Shown piece after piece: positions 1-9,826 of a DNA stretch of 64,000 nt. Both the position numbers and the translations under genes were made by a program. The number at the start of each line of letters is the position of its first letter. Position 1 is the first letter of the stretch. This stretch comes from Myxococcota bacterium (GTDB lineage: Bacteria; Myxococcota_A; UBA796; UBA2385). The stretch lies in contig JBIJDH010000002.1 in the NCBI GenBank assembly GCA_044344255.1, forward strand, positions 263,893 through 327,892. Direction: 5' to 3'. The notes beneath the pieces were generated by a model, which ran no database searches, was not told the DNA's origin, and saw only the letters and a program-made list of their open reading frames with translations.

Positions 1-2695
1 CGTCGAGGAGGGTGCGGCCGCTCGAGAGGTCGCCGACCTCGATGGCCAGTCGGGCCTGGTTGAGCGTACAGACGGCGAGCACCATGGGGTCGCGGTGGCG
101 GGGCTGGATGGCCCGACAGCGGGCGGCGGCCTCGGCGGCGTCTTCGCGCTCGCCCAGGTACAGTCTGGCGATCGAGAGGTTCGCCAACATGGCGGACTGT
201 CCACGTGCGAAGCCCGCCTGCTCGCAGCGGGTCGCGAGGTCGGAGCACAGCTCGGCCGCCTCGCGGAAGCGCCCGCAATAGACGAGGCCCGCCGAGAGCG
301 TGGTGCCTGCGTTCACCTCGAGCTGGGTGAGGCGGTGGTGGGTGGGCACGAGGCTGGTCGTGCCCTGCAGCCGCTCCTCGCGCAGCCCGGCCTCGCGGGC
401 GAGCACCAGGGCCTGCCGACACTCGACCACGGCCTCCTCGAATTCACCCCCGCCGAGGCGGGCCAACGCCACCTCCCGCAGCATGGCGGAGGCGATCGAG
501 GGGAAGGTGTGGGCGAGCGCGGTCGCCCAGCGCAGCCCGGTGGCGATGGCGTGTTCGCGGCGCCCATGGCGGGCGTCATAGATGATGAGGAGGTGGGCGG
601 CGAGGCCGCGCTGCTCGGCGGAGGCGGCGCGGGACTGGAGGTCACGGAGGTCTTGATCGCGCACCCGGCCGGGACGGATGTCGAGGTCGACGAAGAGGCG
701 CGCGTAGGCGATGACGAAGTCGTCATCGGCGCCGCAGGTGAGGTCGCGGAGCTGGAGCCAGCGGTCGACCTCGGCGGGGTTTCCGCGGTCGAGCTCGAGG
801 CGGATCGCCGCTTGGAACATCGCGGCGTCCGCGGTGCCGGCGCGCAGCCCGTGGTGGAGCACCCGCAGCGCGGCGTCGGGCTCGCGGTGGGCCTTGGACC
901 AGGCGCGGGCGGCGTTGGCGTGCAGATCGGGGCGACGGGCGGCGGCCGCGAGGGCCAGGCGGCGGGTGCCGCGATCGGCGAAGGCCAGCCGCGCCGAGGC
1001 CCCGGAGGCGGTGTGCTCGGTCACCTCGGTGACCTCGTCGTGGAGGGTCGTCTCTTCACCGTCCAGGTCGGCGTCTGTGAAGCGGAGCTCGAGGTGACCC
1101 TCGTGCAGCAGCGTCTGGACGTCGGGGCTGAGCTGGTTGGCCACCACCCGCGGGAAGGGCTCATCGAGCACGGCGAGGGGGACGAGGCCGGGGTGGAGGA
1201 CCTCGGCGGGGCCGCGCTGACCGCGCCAATGGGCGAGGGCTCGCCAGGCGCGGGCGCAGCTCTGGAGCGGGCTCTCGGCGAGGCCGTCGGTGGCCCCCTC
1301 GCTCACGGGCCAGACCCCCGGGGGCAGGATGCCGGGCAGCACCTCCCGCTCGATGGTGGCGCTCCAGAGGGGAGGGGAGAGCTGGCGGAGGCCGGCGACG
1401 GGCCGGCTGGCGGTGGCCCAGACCAGCACCCCCTCGGGGGCCTGCTGGCAGAGCGTGCCGACGATCGCCGCGCTGCCGATGTCGGCCTGGTCGAGGTCCC
1501 AGAAGATCACCGCGATCGGCGCCTTGCGCTTGAGCAGGCGGCCGAGGGCCTGCCCGACGGCGACCGGATCGGGGGGCCAGGCCTCGGGCTGGGGCACAGG
1601 GACGGGCAGATCGGGCCAGACCGCGTGCAGCAGGCCGGCCTCGGCGCCGGCGAGGGCGCGCCGGGCGGCGGGGTCGCGCTCGATGAAGAGCTCGGCGAGG
1701 ATGTCGCGGATGGCGCCGAAGGGGCGGTCCTGGGCGCACTGGCCGGCGACGGAGCGGTAGCCCTTGCGGAACCACTGCCAGCGGGCCTCTTGGACCATGC
1801 GGCGGCGACCGGTGCCGGCCCGGCCGGTGACCACGGCGCTCCCGGTGAGCAGGCGGCTCGGATCCCCCGACCAGGCCGGGGGCGACGGCCACTCGGCAGA
1901 GCTCAGGGGGAGGCCCAAGGCGACCGCCTGCAGCAGCGCCTCCACCTCGTCGGCGTCGGGGCGCTCCGCGGGGTCGAGGCTGAGCATCCGATCGACGATC
2001 TCGGCGAGCGGGAGCGGCACCTCAGGGCCCAGCAGGGCGAGGGAGCTCCGCGGCCGGCCGACCTTCCAGCGCGCGGCGGGCACGCCAGTGAGGGCCTCGT
2101 GCAGCGTCACGCCGAGGGCGTAGAGGTCGACCCGATGGTCGTGGGCCATCCGCAGGCGCTGCTCGGGGGCCATGTAGGCGGCGGTGCCCATGAAGTCGCC
2201 GGTTCGATCGGGGGCCGAGCCGAAGCGGGCGGTGCCGAAGTCGAGGACCGTGGGCTGGCCGCCCTCGTCGACCATGATGTTGGCGGGCTTGATGTCGCGG
2301 TGGGAGAGGCCGAGGCGGTGGATCCCCGAGAGGGCGCGGGCCACGCCGGAGCCCGCGGCGGCGAGGCGGAAGACCCGCTCGACGAGGTCGGCGCTGCGCT
2401 GGACGTGGCGGTCGAAGAGGTCACCGTGGGCGATGTCCATGGTGAAGAAGACGAAGCCCTGATCAGAGCCCGCGTCGAGGACCCGGACCACGCAGGGGAT
2501 CCGCAGCGTGCGCAGCTTCTCGAATTCCTGACGGAAGCGGATCTCGTCGGCCTCGTCCTGGTGCTCCCGCACCTTGATCGCCACCTCGCTGCCGCGGTGG
2601 TCGACCGCCATCCAGACCTCACCGTCGGCCCCCACGCCGAGGCGGCGGACGATCCGGTAGTTCCGGAGCACCATCCCGGGCGTGAGCGAGCGCAT
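1..2695 (-). CDS. Ser/Thr protein kinase with C-terminal NTPase/TPR-like region, partial (3' end runs past window start)
   Basis: Reverse-strand translation from the ATG (cat at 2693-2695) gives MRSLTPGMVLRNYRIVRRLGVGADGEVW..HRDIKPANIMV..DFGTARF..YMAPEQ (Hanks kinase motifs). The frame stays open down to coordinate 1, so the track lists no complete ORF. The plus-strand ORF 95..3259 is its antisense shadow. Confidence 0.85.
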   Translation of the reverse strand, partial: MRSLTPGMVLRNYRIVRRLGVGADGEVWMAVDHRGSEVAIKVREHQDEADEIRFRQEFEKLRTLRIPCVVRVLDAGSDQGFVFFTMDIAHGDLFDRHVQRSADLVERVFRLAAAGSGVARALSGIHRLGLSHRDIKPANIMVDEGGQPTVLDFGTARFGSAPDRTGDFMGTAAYMAPEQRLRMAHDHRVDLYALGVTLHEALTGVPAARWKVGRPRSSLALLGPEVPLPLAEIVDRMLSLDPAERPDADEVEALLQAVALGLPLSSAEWPSPPAWSGDPSRLLTGSAVVTGRAGTGRRRMVQEARWQWFRKGYRSVAGQCAQDRPFGAIRDILAELFIERDPAARRALAGAEAGLLHAVWPDLPVPVPQPEAWPPDPVAVGQALGRLLKRKAPIAVIFWDLDQADIGSAAIVGTLCQQAPEGVLVWATASRPVAGLRQLSPPLWSATIEREVLPGILPPGVWPVSEGATDGLAESPLQSCARAWRALAHWRGQRGPAEVLHPGLVPLAVLDEPFPRVVANQLSPDVQTLLHEGHLELRFTDADLDGEETTLHDEVTEVTEHTASGASARLAFADRGTRRLALAAAARRPDLHANAARAWSKAHREPDAALRVLHHGLRAGTADAAMFQAAIRLELDRGNPAEVDRWLQLRDLTCGADDDFVIAYARLFVDLDIRPGRVRDQDLRDLQSRAASAEQRGLAAHLLIIYDARHGRREHAIATGLRWATALAHTFPSIASAMLREVALARLGGGEFEEAVVECRQALVLAREAGLREERLQGTTSLVPTHHRLTQLEVNAGTTLSAGLVYCGRFREAAELCSDLATRCEQAGFARGQSAMLANLSIARLYLGEREDAAEAAARCRAIQPRHRDPMVLAVCTLNQARLAIEVGDLSSGRTLLD

Positions 2696-2698
2696 GGC

Positions 2699-4270
2699 TC
2701 AGGCGTCCTCGACGAGGCGGCGGGCGATGAGGGTGCCCGCGGCCATCGTCGTGAGCTGAGGGTTCACCCCGAGGCTGGTGGGGTAGACGCTGGCGTCGGC
2801 GATGAGGAGGTCTCGCACGGCGTGGGAGCGGCCGCGGGAGTCCACGACGCTCGAGGCAGGGTCCCGCCCCATTCGGCAGGAGCTCTGCGGGTGAGCGGAG
2901 TAGAGCGCGAAGTCGGTCGTGGCGCGGCTTCGGAGCGCGGTGACGAAGCTCTCGAGGCTCGTGTGGCGGCCGATGCCGTGGATGGGGCCCGTGAGCTCCC
3001 GCGCCCCGCCGGCGAGGAGCACCTTGGCGGCCAGCACCATGCCCTCGCGGATGCGCTCGACGTCGGAGGGCAGCAGATCGTAGGTGACGTCGGCCTGCCC
3101 GTTGGGGAAGGCTCTCACCCGGCCGGTGCTCTCGTCGGAGATCATCACGATGAGCCCACAGAGCTGGGGCAGCAGCGCGAGGCCCTCGCTGAGCCGGGGG
3201 CCTACCATCCCCAGCGTCGCGAGGCAGACCTCAGGCGGCGCCGTGAACGTATGGGGTAGGACGCCGGGGATCGAGGGATCGGTGAAGTAGGCCCCCTGCG
3301 AGGCCCCGCGCCAGAGGTGGATCTGCTCGTCGGCGATGCCGTAGACGGCGTTGCCGGGGTGGACATGCAGGCCCTCCCCCACCGGGCCCATGCCCTCGGC
3401 GATTCCGGAGGTCCAGAGCAGGCGCGGGGTGCCGATGCCGCCCGCCGAGAGGATGACCTTGTCTGCTCGAACCTCGATCTCTCCGCCCCGCTCGTTCGTC
3501 TCGGGGTGGACGGCGTGCCCGCGCACGCCGATCGCGCGGCCCCCCTCCACCATCACCTCGGTGATCTTGGCCTCGGCCTGGATCAGCGCGCCGTGCTCGA
3601 CCGCCGTGGGGAGAAAGGTAAGGTTTGTACTGGCCTTTCCGCCAGATGGGCAGCCGTAGTTGCAGACGCCGCAGCCTCGGCACCCGGGCGTGCTGCGGGG
3701 CGCGAGGCCGCCCTTGAGGCCGAGGGCCTGGATGCCGCGGACGATGAGGGCGTTGTTCTTACCCTGGACCGCCTCGGTGGTGATGTGGACGCCGACGATG
3801 GGCTCCACCTCGGCGTAGAGGGCGGCGAGCGAGGCGGGCCCCCAGCGGGGATCATCGAGGAGCTCGGCCCAGCCGTGGAGCACCTCGTCGGGCGTACGGA
3901 AGCTCAGCGCCGAGTTGATGAGGGTGCCGCCGCCGACGCCGCGCCCGGCCGCGATGGGGAAGCCCACCGGGCCGCGCCCGATGATGAGGCCCCCCTCCTG
4001 CATGTGGTGGCGCGCCGTGTGGCCCTGGCTCTTCTTGAAGTGGCTCTGGGCGGGCCCCTCTTCGAGCAGCACCACCTTCTTCCCCGCGAGGGCGAGCACC
4101 CGGGCCGCCGCGGCGCCGCCGGGGCCAGTGCCGACGATGACCACGTCGGCCTGCAGCCGCCGCCCGGCGCCGATCTCGGCGAAGCCGTCGGCCGGGGCGG
4201 CGGGGAAGATGACCCCCGGATCGGGCGCCGGGTACTCCGGAACCCGCAGCGTGGCGGCGGGCTCGCTCAT
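2699..4270 (-). CDS. GMC family oxidoreductase (FAD-dependent)
   Basis: 523 aa with N-terminal VIVGTGPGG FAD-binding fingerprint and GMC-like length and C-terminus. Overlaps the upstream subunit-3 gene by 4 nt. Confidence 0.88.
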   Translation of the reverse strand: MSEPAATLRVPEYPAPDPGVIFPAAPADGFAEIGAGRRLQADVVIVGTGPGGAAAARVLALAGKKVVLLEEGPAQSHFKKSQGHTARHHMQEGGLIIGRGPVGFPIAAGRGVGGGTLINSALSFRTPDEVLHGWAELLDDPRWGPASLAALYAEVEPIVGVHITTEAVQGKNNALIVRGIQALGLKGGLAPRSTPGCRGCGVCNYGCPSGGKASTNLTFLPTAVEHGALIQAEAKITEVMVEGGRAIGVRGHAVHPETNERGGEIEVRADKVILSAGGIGTPRLLWTSGIAEGMGPVGEGLHVHPGNAVYGIADEQIHLWRGASQGAYFTDPSIPGVLPHTFTAPPEVCLATLGMVGPRLSEGLALLPQLCGLIVMISDESTGRVRAFPNGQADVTYDLLPSDVERIREGMVLAAKVLLAGGARELTGPIHGIGRHTSLESFVTALRSRATTDFALYSAHPQSSCRMGRDPASSVVDSRGRSHAVRDLLIADASVYPTSLGVNPQLTTMAAGTLIARRLVEDA

Positions 4271-4773
4271 TCGCCGAAGCCGCAGCCGTGCATCACGGCG
4301 AAGTAGGGCGAGACGGCGGGGTGGGCGGAGTAGCCCATGCCGGTCAGCGTCACGAGGCCCATCGCCGCGGAGCGCAGCTCGGGGTTGTCGTGCGCGAGCC
4401 AGCTCGCCAACAGGGCGGCGCGGTCGGCCACCGGCAGGGCGCTGAAGGGGTGGCCCTCGGTGGGGAGGGTGGCGGCGTCGATGGCGTGGAGGCCGGTGCG
4501 GACGAGGGTGCGGAGGGCGGGCTCGAGGCCGGTGAGCAGGGCGTCGAGGAAGTGGTCGATCGAGAGGTCAGCGCCCCCCACGGGGATGGCGGCGGTGGCC
4601 GGCCACGCGGCCTCGGAGAAGGCTCGGATGAAGCCGGCTTCGGGGCCCGAGAGGTGGGTGTAGCCGGCTGCGGCGGGCTGGTCCCACCAATGGGCGACCA
4701 CCCCCGCTCCGGCCGCGAGGAGCGCGGTGGAGGTGAGCGTCGCGCTGATCAGGAGCTGGCGGCGCGTGAGCAT
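4267..4773 (-). CDS. gluconate 2-dehydrogenase subunit 3 family protein (Tat-secreted partner of GMC oxidoreductases)
   Basis: 168 aa with twin-arginine signal MLTRRQLLISATLTS..A. Typical small subunit translationally coupled to the GMC gene. Confidence 0.8.
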   Translation of the reverse strand: MLTRRQLLISATLTSTALLAAGAGVVAHWWDQPAAAGYTHLSGPEAGFIRAFSEAAWPATAAIPVGGADLSIDHFLDALLTGLEPALRTLVRTGLHAIDAATLPTEGHPFSALPVADRAALLASWLAHDNPELRSAAMGLVTLTGMGYSAHPAVSPYFAVMHGCGFGE

Positions 4774-4959
4774 GGCCGAGGGTATCGCAGCTCGGAGGCG
4801 GGGGCATGGGGCGGGCTGATGAAGGGTCCCCTGCGGTGCGCGGGCCTACGCCGCCCCGCCGGGCGCGAGGGGGACAGGCCGCGAGGGGGAGGATAGGCCC
4901 GGGTCGGCTACCCGAACGCCGCGCGCGGTGAGCTCGAAGCAGGGGAGTCTCGAATCTGG

Positions 4960-5970
4960 TTGCTCTACCCGCTCCTCTTCCTGATCACCCTGCTCGGCGC
5001 GGGGGGAGTGGCCACCTATGTGGTGGTGGAGCGGATGGGGCGCCGGGCGCGGCAGCTCGGCTCGAAGGCGCAGAACGAGAAGCAGATCGCGATGGGCGGC
5101 TACCCCGTCTGGAAGACGGGGGACGACCTCCTCCGCTACCCCACCCGCCTCGCCGAGCTCGAGCACAAGCTGCAGCTGAGCCTTCGGGCGGTCGACGAGC
5201 AGGTCGACCACCTCCACGCTCGGCGCGACCGCATCGCCGCCAAGGACGATCGCAGCGAGCTGATGGGCCGCTACGAGGTCGACGCCGCCATGCTCAGCCG
5301 CCGGGTGGAGCGCATGCGGCGGGTGTTGGCCCTGGTCTGGCGCACCCGCTCCGTGCTCCTGCTGCGGGCCCACGTCGCCATCACCGCCCGCGCCCGCCCC
5401 GTCCTGGAGCGCCTCCCCGAGGGGGAGATCCCGCACGGCCGCCTCGGCGCGGCGGCGGCGGCCTATGAGGACGCCGCCGGGCGTGTGCGTCGCTTCGTGA
5501 TCGAGGTCGAGGGCCGGATGGCCGACCTCCACGTCTGCCTGCCGAGCCCGCCCGCCGCGGCCGACGTCTCCGACGCAGACCGCGCCCAGGTGGACGAGGA
5601 GATGGAGCGGGCCCGGCACACCTACGCCGAGCTCGAGAACCGGATGGACCGCCTCGCCGACACCCTCTCCTACCTCTCCGACCGCTGCCGCACCCGGCAG
5701 GTGGTCGAGGGCACGCCGGTCTCGCTCGAGGCCGAGCCCGGCACCGAGGGGCTCGTGGACGACCTCAACGGCGCCCTCGGCGCGCTCAACGACCTCGCGG
5801 AGCTCGGAGACCGTGCCTTGGCGGACACGGCGATGGACAACCTCGCCGAGGACATCTCCCAGCTCGAGCGGGCCGGCCTCGAGGCCCAGGCGGAGGCCGA
5901 CGCCACGCTGGAGGTGGAGCGCCTGCTCGAGCAGTTCCCGCAGCGCAGCCGGGGCCCCGCGGCTCCCTGA
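4960..5970 (+). CDS. hypothetical membrane-anchored coiled-coil protein
   Basis: 336 aa with an N-terminal hydrophobic helix (LYPLLFLITLLGAGGVATYVVV) followed by an Arg/Glu-rich helical region. High GC3 throughout. Confidence 0.5.
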   Translation: MLYPLLFLITLLGAGGVATYVVVERMGRRARQLGSKAQNEKQIAMGGYPVWKTGDDLLRYPTRLAELEHKLQLSLRAVDEQVDHLHARRDRIAAKDDRSELMGRYEVDAAMLSRRVERMRRVLALVWRTRSVLLLRAHVAITARARPVLERLPEGEIPHGRLGAAAAAYEDAAGRVRRFVIEVEGRMADLHVCLPSPPAAADVSDADRAQVDEEMERARHTYAELENRMDRLADTLSYLSDRCRTRQVVEGTPVSLEAEPGTEGLVDDLNGALGALNDLAELGDRALADTAMDNLAEDISQLERAGLEAQAEADATLEVERLLEQFPQRSRGPAAP

Positions 5971-5998
5971 GCGAGGGGACGACGGCCGGCGGTGTGGC

Positions 5999-7189
5999 TC
6001 AGGGGCCCTCGGGGGCGTCTGGCGCGCCCGGGAGCTGCACCCGGTCGAGGGCCCACAGGAGCAGCGGTCCGATCAGCAGAGGCCCGCTCAGCACCGCGGC
6101 GGCCCCGGCGGCGCCGATGTCGACCGCGATCCGCCCGCCGAGGAGCGGGCCCACGGCGAGGCCCACGGAGTAGGCGAAGTTCTGGTAGGCGAAGGCCGAG
6201 CCGTACGCGGGCGGGCTCCGCGCGGCGGCGAGGGCGCTGAGCTCGGTCAGGGCGACGGAGAAGAGCGGCGTGGAGGCGACGCCCAGGGCCGCGAGGGCGA
6301 GGCCGGTCCCCAGCACGGTGGTGGTCCAGCCGAGCGAGAAGGCGGCCGCCGCGCTCAGGAGCAGCCCGAAGGTGGTGGCGGCCCGACGCTGCGCGGCGGT
6401 GACCGTATACCGACCCACGATGGGGAAGAGCAGGGAGCTCGCCAACATCGCGCCCCCGAAGAGCAGGCCCAGGCTCTGCGGATCGGCTCCGGCGATGCGG
6501 GAGAGGCGGAGCGGCAGGATGGGCTCGAACCAGGACAGGGCCAACGCGCCGATGAAGGTGAGGGTGAAGATCCGCAGCCCAGCTCGCAGATCGCGAGAGG
6601 GGCCGGGGCCATCCGCCAGCGAGGCCGGGGCCTCGTCGCGGATCAGCAGGAGGCGCGCGAGCCCGTCGAGCAGGGAGAGCACCGCCGCGAAGATGAAGGG
6701 CGCCCCGGGCCCGCCCACCGCGAAGAGCCACCCGCCGACAGCCGGCCCCGCCAGCGTGCCGATGCCCATCACGGCGAGCACCTGCCCGAAGGCCACGCCT
6801 CGCTCCTCGGGCGGGTGGGTGGAGGCGACGAGGGTGAGCCCCGCCGTCCAGGAGACCGCAGCGGCGAGTCCCTGGAGCGCGCGGGCGGCGATGAGGAGCT
6901 CGATCGAGCCCCCCCGGGCGAAGAGCAGGCAGGACAGCGCCAGCGCGACCGAGCCCAGCAGCAGGGGGCTCCGGTTTCCCACCCGGTCGACCCACTTGCC
7001 CACGAAGGGCAGCGCGACGAGCACCGCCACCGCGTAGACCGAGAGCACCAGGCCAGCGTCGGCCTCCGTCGCGGCGGGGCCGAGCAACGAGGGCAGGATG
7101 GGCACCACCATCCCGTAGAGCAGCATGTCCGTCGTCACCGCGAGGGCGGCGACGAGCAGGGCGGCGCGCGGTCGGGAGAGGGGCGTCAG
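5999..7189 (-). CDS. MFS transporter (start codon uncertain)
   Basis: The C-terminal ~390 aa of track ORF 5999..8221 are multi-TM MFS-like (..AALLVAALAVTTDMLLYGMVVPILP.. D-T-x-V-like motif after TM1). The first ATG (7126) would cut into TM1. In-frame CTG at 7189 or GTG at 7285 are the alternatives. The upstream 340 aa of the track ORF are antisense to the thioesterase gene. Confidence 0.75.
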   Translation of the reverse strand: MTPLSRPRAALLVAALAVTTDMLLYGMVVPILPSLLGPAATEADAGLVLSVYAVAVLVALPFVGKWVDRVGNRSPLLLGSVALALSCLLFARGGSIELLIAARALQGLAAAVSWTAGLTLVASTHPPEERGVAFGQVLAVMGIGTLAGPAVGGWLFAVGGPGAPFIFAAVLSLLDGLARLLLIRDEAPASLADGPGPSRDLRAGLRIFTLTFIGALALSWFEPILPLRLSRIAGADPQSLGLLFGGAMLASSLLFPIVGRYTVTAAQRRAATTFGLLLSAAAAFSLGWTTTVLGTGLALAALGVASTPLFSVALTELSALAAARSPPAYGSAFAYQNFAYSVGLAVGPLLGGRIAVDIGAAGAAAVLSGPLLIGPLLLWALDRVQLPGAPDAPEGP

Positions 7190-7306
7190 GGCGGCTCCGC
7201 CGAGAGGGGGAGAGGGGGAGAGGGGCGGAGCCCTAACCGGCCGCTCGCGCGCGTCGGCGCCGGGGCCGGTTAGCGGGACGCCCCGGAGCTGGAGTGGGGT
7301 GAGCGA

Positions 7307-8167
7307 ATGACGCACGATGTCCTGAACCTCCCGGTCGGCCCGCCCGCCGATTCGCCCTCCGCTGAGGCCCCGCCGGCCTTCTCGGAGATCGTCTCCCTCC
7401 GCTCGATCGGCCCCCACCGGTACAGCGGCCGCGTGCCCGAGGGCTGGGGGCAGGGCCGCACCACCTACGGCGGGCTGCTCAGCGCGCTGCTCTGTCGGGC
7501 CGCCGGGGCGGAGGCCGCGAGCCCCGACCGCGCCCTGCGCTCCCTCACCTGTGAGCTCTTCGGGGGCGTGATCGCCGGGCCTGTCGAGCTCGAGACGGAG
7601 CTGCTGCGCGCCGGGACCGGCCTCAGCACCGTCGCTGCGCGGCTCTCTCAGGGCGGAGAGCTCTGCGCGCACCTCGTCGGGAACTTCGGCAAGCGGCGCG
7701 AGGTGGGCCTGGAGTGGGTCGAGCTGAAGCCGCCGCTGTTGCCACCGGTCTCTGCGCTCGAGGCCTGGACCCTCGGCCCCCCGATCGCCCCGGAGTTCAC
7801 CCAGCGACTGGAGTATTGGAGCGCGGGGGCGCCGCCGTACCAGGGCGAGGGGCCCGTCACCACCAGCGGCTGGATCCGCCTCCGCGAGCCGGGCGACCAG
7901 GCCGACGCCGCCTGGATCTGCGGCCTCATCGACGCCTGGTGGCCCGGCATGGCCCAGCGCTTCACCGCGCCGCGCCCCTCGGCCACCATCACCTTCACGC
8001 TCGCGCTCCCGGGCGGCCACGAGTCGCTCGACCCGCGGGCGCCGCTGGCCTACCGAGGCGAGGCCGTCGCCCTCCGCCACGGCTACGCCGTAGAGACCCG
8101 GGAGCTCTGGACCGCCGACGGCCAGCTCGTCGCCCTCAACCAGCAGACGATGGCGCTGCTGCGCTGA
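7307..8167 (+). CDS. acyl-CoA thioesterase (TesB-like, double hotdog)
   Basis: 286 aa with ..RTTYGGLLSALL.. and second-half ..ITFTLALP.. features typical of thioesterase II family proteins. Confidence 0.75.
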   Translation: MTHDVLNLPVGPPADSPSAEAPPAFSEIVSLRSIGPHRYSGRVPEGWGQGRTTYGGLLSALLCRAAGAEAASPDRALRSLTCELFGGVIAGPVELETELLRAGTGLSTVAARLSQGGELCAHLVGNFGKRREVGLEWVELKPPLLPPVSALEAWTLGPPIAPEFTQRLEYWSAGAPPYQGEGPVTTSGWIRLREPGDQADAAWICGLIDAWWPGMAQRFTAPRPSATITFTLALPGGHESLDPRAPLAYRGEAVALRHGYAVETRELWTADGQLVALNQQTMALLR

Positions 8168-8211
8168 CGAGCGGGCCGGCGAGGGGCCCCCGAACCGGCT
8201 ACCCTCCCCCC

Positions 8212-8382
8212 ATGGCCGCAACGCAGTCCCTCCGCACCCTCCTCCGCGCGCTGGCCCGTCGGCTGCTCCCCGGCGCCGGCCCCGGTGCGGTCCACAAGAA
8301 CCCGATCGAGCGGTGGGTCGCCGAGGAGATCACCGCGCGGGTGCCCACCAACAAGAGCGGGAACAACGCCTCGGTGCGGTAG
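8212..8382 (+). CDS. small hypothetical protein (56 aa)
   Basis: ATG-initiated frame MAATQSLRTLLRALARRLLPGAGPGAVHKNPIERWVAEEITARVPTNKSGNNASVR with strongly GC3-biased codons, in the 260-bp gap upstream of rarA. No recognisable SD. Confidence 0.25.
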   Translation: MAATQSLRTLLRALARRLLPGAGPGAVHKNPIERWVAEEITARVPTNKSGNNASVR

Positions 8383-8426
8383 CCCGCCCTCCGTCGCCGC
8401 CCCCGCCCACCTCCGCTGAGACCCCG

Positions 8427-9731
8427 ATGCCGCCTGCCTCCACCGCGCGCGCCCCGCTCGAGGCGCCGCCGGCCGCCTCCGCCCCCCTCGCCGAGCGGAT
8501 GCGCCCGCGGCAGCTCGATGAGGTGGTGGGCCAGCAGCACCTCGTCGGCCCCGATGCCCCCTTCCGGCGGGCGCTCGAGGCCGGGCGCTTACGCTCGGTG
8601 CTGATCTGGGGCCCGCCCGGCAGCGGCAAGACCACGCTCGCTCGCTGTATCGCCGCCACCGGCCGCTTCCGCTTCGTGCAGCTCTCGGCCGTGCTCGCGG
8701 GGGTGGCCGAGCTCCGCGAGCTGCTCGCCCAGGACATGCCCCTCGATCGGCGCCGGGTGCTGCTCTTCGTCGATGAGATCCACCGCTGGAACAAGGCCCA
8801 GCAGGACGCCCTGCTGCCGCATGTCGAGTCGGGTCGCCTGCTGCTCGTCGGCGCCACGACGGAGAACCCGGCCTTCCACCTCGTGCCGGCCCTCCGCTCG
8901 CGCACCGAGCTCCTCACGCTGGTCGCCCTCAGCCCGGACGACCTGCGCGCCCTGCTCGAGCGGGCCCTGGCTGACCCCGAGCGCGGCCTCGGTGACCGGG
9001 GCCTGACCGCCGAGGAGGGCCTGCTGGAGCGCATCGCCCACGCGGCCGACGGGGACGCCCGCCGCGCCCTCGGCCTGCTTGAGGGGCTGGCCGACCGCGG
9101 CGCCCTCACGGCCGCGGCCCTGTCCGAGCTCGGCCAGACCATCCTCCACGATCGCGACGGGGACGCCCACTACGACGTGGTCTCTGCCTTCATCAAGTCG
9201 ATGCGGGGCTCCTCGGCCGACGGCGCGCTGTACTGGATGGCCCGGATGCTCGAGGGCGGGGAGGACCCCGTGTTCGTCGCCCGCCGCCTCGTCATCTTCG
9301 CGGCGGAGGACGTGGGCAACGCGGATCCGCGCGCGCTCCAGGTGGCGGTGGCGGGGATGGAGGGCGTGCGGCTGATCGGCATGCCCGAGGCCCGCATCCT
9401 CCTCGGTCAGGTCTGCACCTACCTGGCCACGGCGCCGAAGAGCAACGCCGCCTACAAGGCCATCGACGCCGCGATCGCCTCGGTGCGCGGCCGCGGCGCG
9501 CTGCCGGTGCCCCTCCACCTCCGCAACGCGCCCACCGCGCTGGCCCGATCGATGGGGCACGGCGCCGCCTACCGCTACCCCCACGACCACCCTGACCACA
9601 TCGTCGAGCAGCAGCACCTGCCCGACGCCCTCGTCGGGGTGCGCTTCTACAGCCCCACCGACCAGGGCTACGAGAAGACCGTCGGGGAGCGCCTCGCCTG
9701 GTGGGAGGGCCGCCTTCGGGCCCGGCGGTGA
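8427..9731 (+). CDS. rarA: replication-associated recombination protein A (AAA ATPase RarA/MgsA)
   Basis: Walker A GPPGSGKTTLA, Walker B LLFVDEIHRW, RarA-type C-terminal domain. Start at internal Met 39 of the track ORF (MPPAST..) gives a typical ~435 aa length. Confidence 0.88.
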   Translation: MPPASTARAPLEAPPAASAPLAERMRPRQLDEVVGQQHLVGPDAPFRRALEAGRLRSVLIWGPPGSGKTTLARCIAATGRFRFVQLSAVLAGVAELRELLAQDMPLDRRRVLLFVDEIHRWNKAQQDALLPHVESGRLLLVGATTENPAFHLVPALRSRTELLTLVALSPDDLRALLERALADPERGLGDRGLTAEEGLLERIAHAADGDARRALGLLEGLADRGALTAAALSELGQTILHDRDGDAHYDVVSAFIKSMRGSSADGALYWMARMLEGGEDPVFVARRLVIFAAEDVGNADPRALQVAVAGMEGVRLIGMPEARILLGQVCTYLATAPKSNAAYKAIDAAIASVRGRGALPVPLHLRNAPTALARSMGHGAAYRYPHDHPDHIVEQQHLPDALVGVRFYSPTDQGYEKTVGERLAWWEGRLRARR

Positions 9732-9826
9732 CCGCGCGCAGGCCGCCCGCGATCGGCGAGGCGGTCGAGGCGGGCGGGGCGGATACGGGAGGAGACCCCA
9801 CCGGTGCGGGCTACCCAGGAGTGAAC

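Noticed and set aside
95-3259. 1054-aa plus-strand ORF
   Set aside because: The translation is low-complexity (G/A/E/D/V-rich) with no motifs. It lies exactly antisense to a well-supported kinase gene and a GMC oxidoreductase gene. Long antisense ORFs are expected at this GC content because stop codons are AT-rich.
8313-8426. N-terminal 38-aa extension of the rarA track ORF (and similar extensions at 9701, 22364, 24743, 29022, 38607, 51312, 55418, 57100)
   Set aside because: The extensions are Arg/Pro-rich and not part of the conserved domains. Internal ATG or GTG starts preceded by purine-rich stretches give family-typical lengths and fit neighbouring gene ends better.
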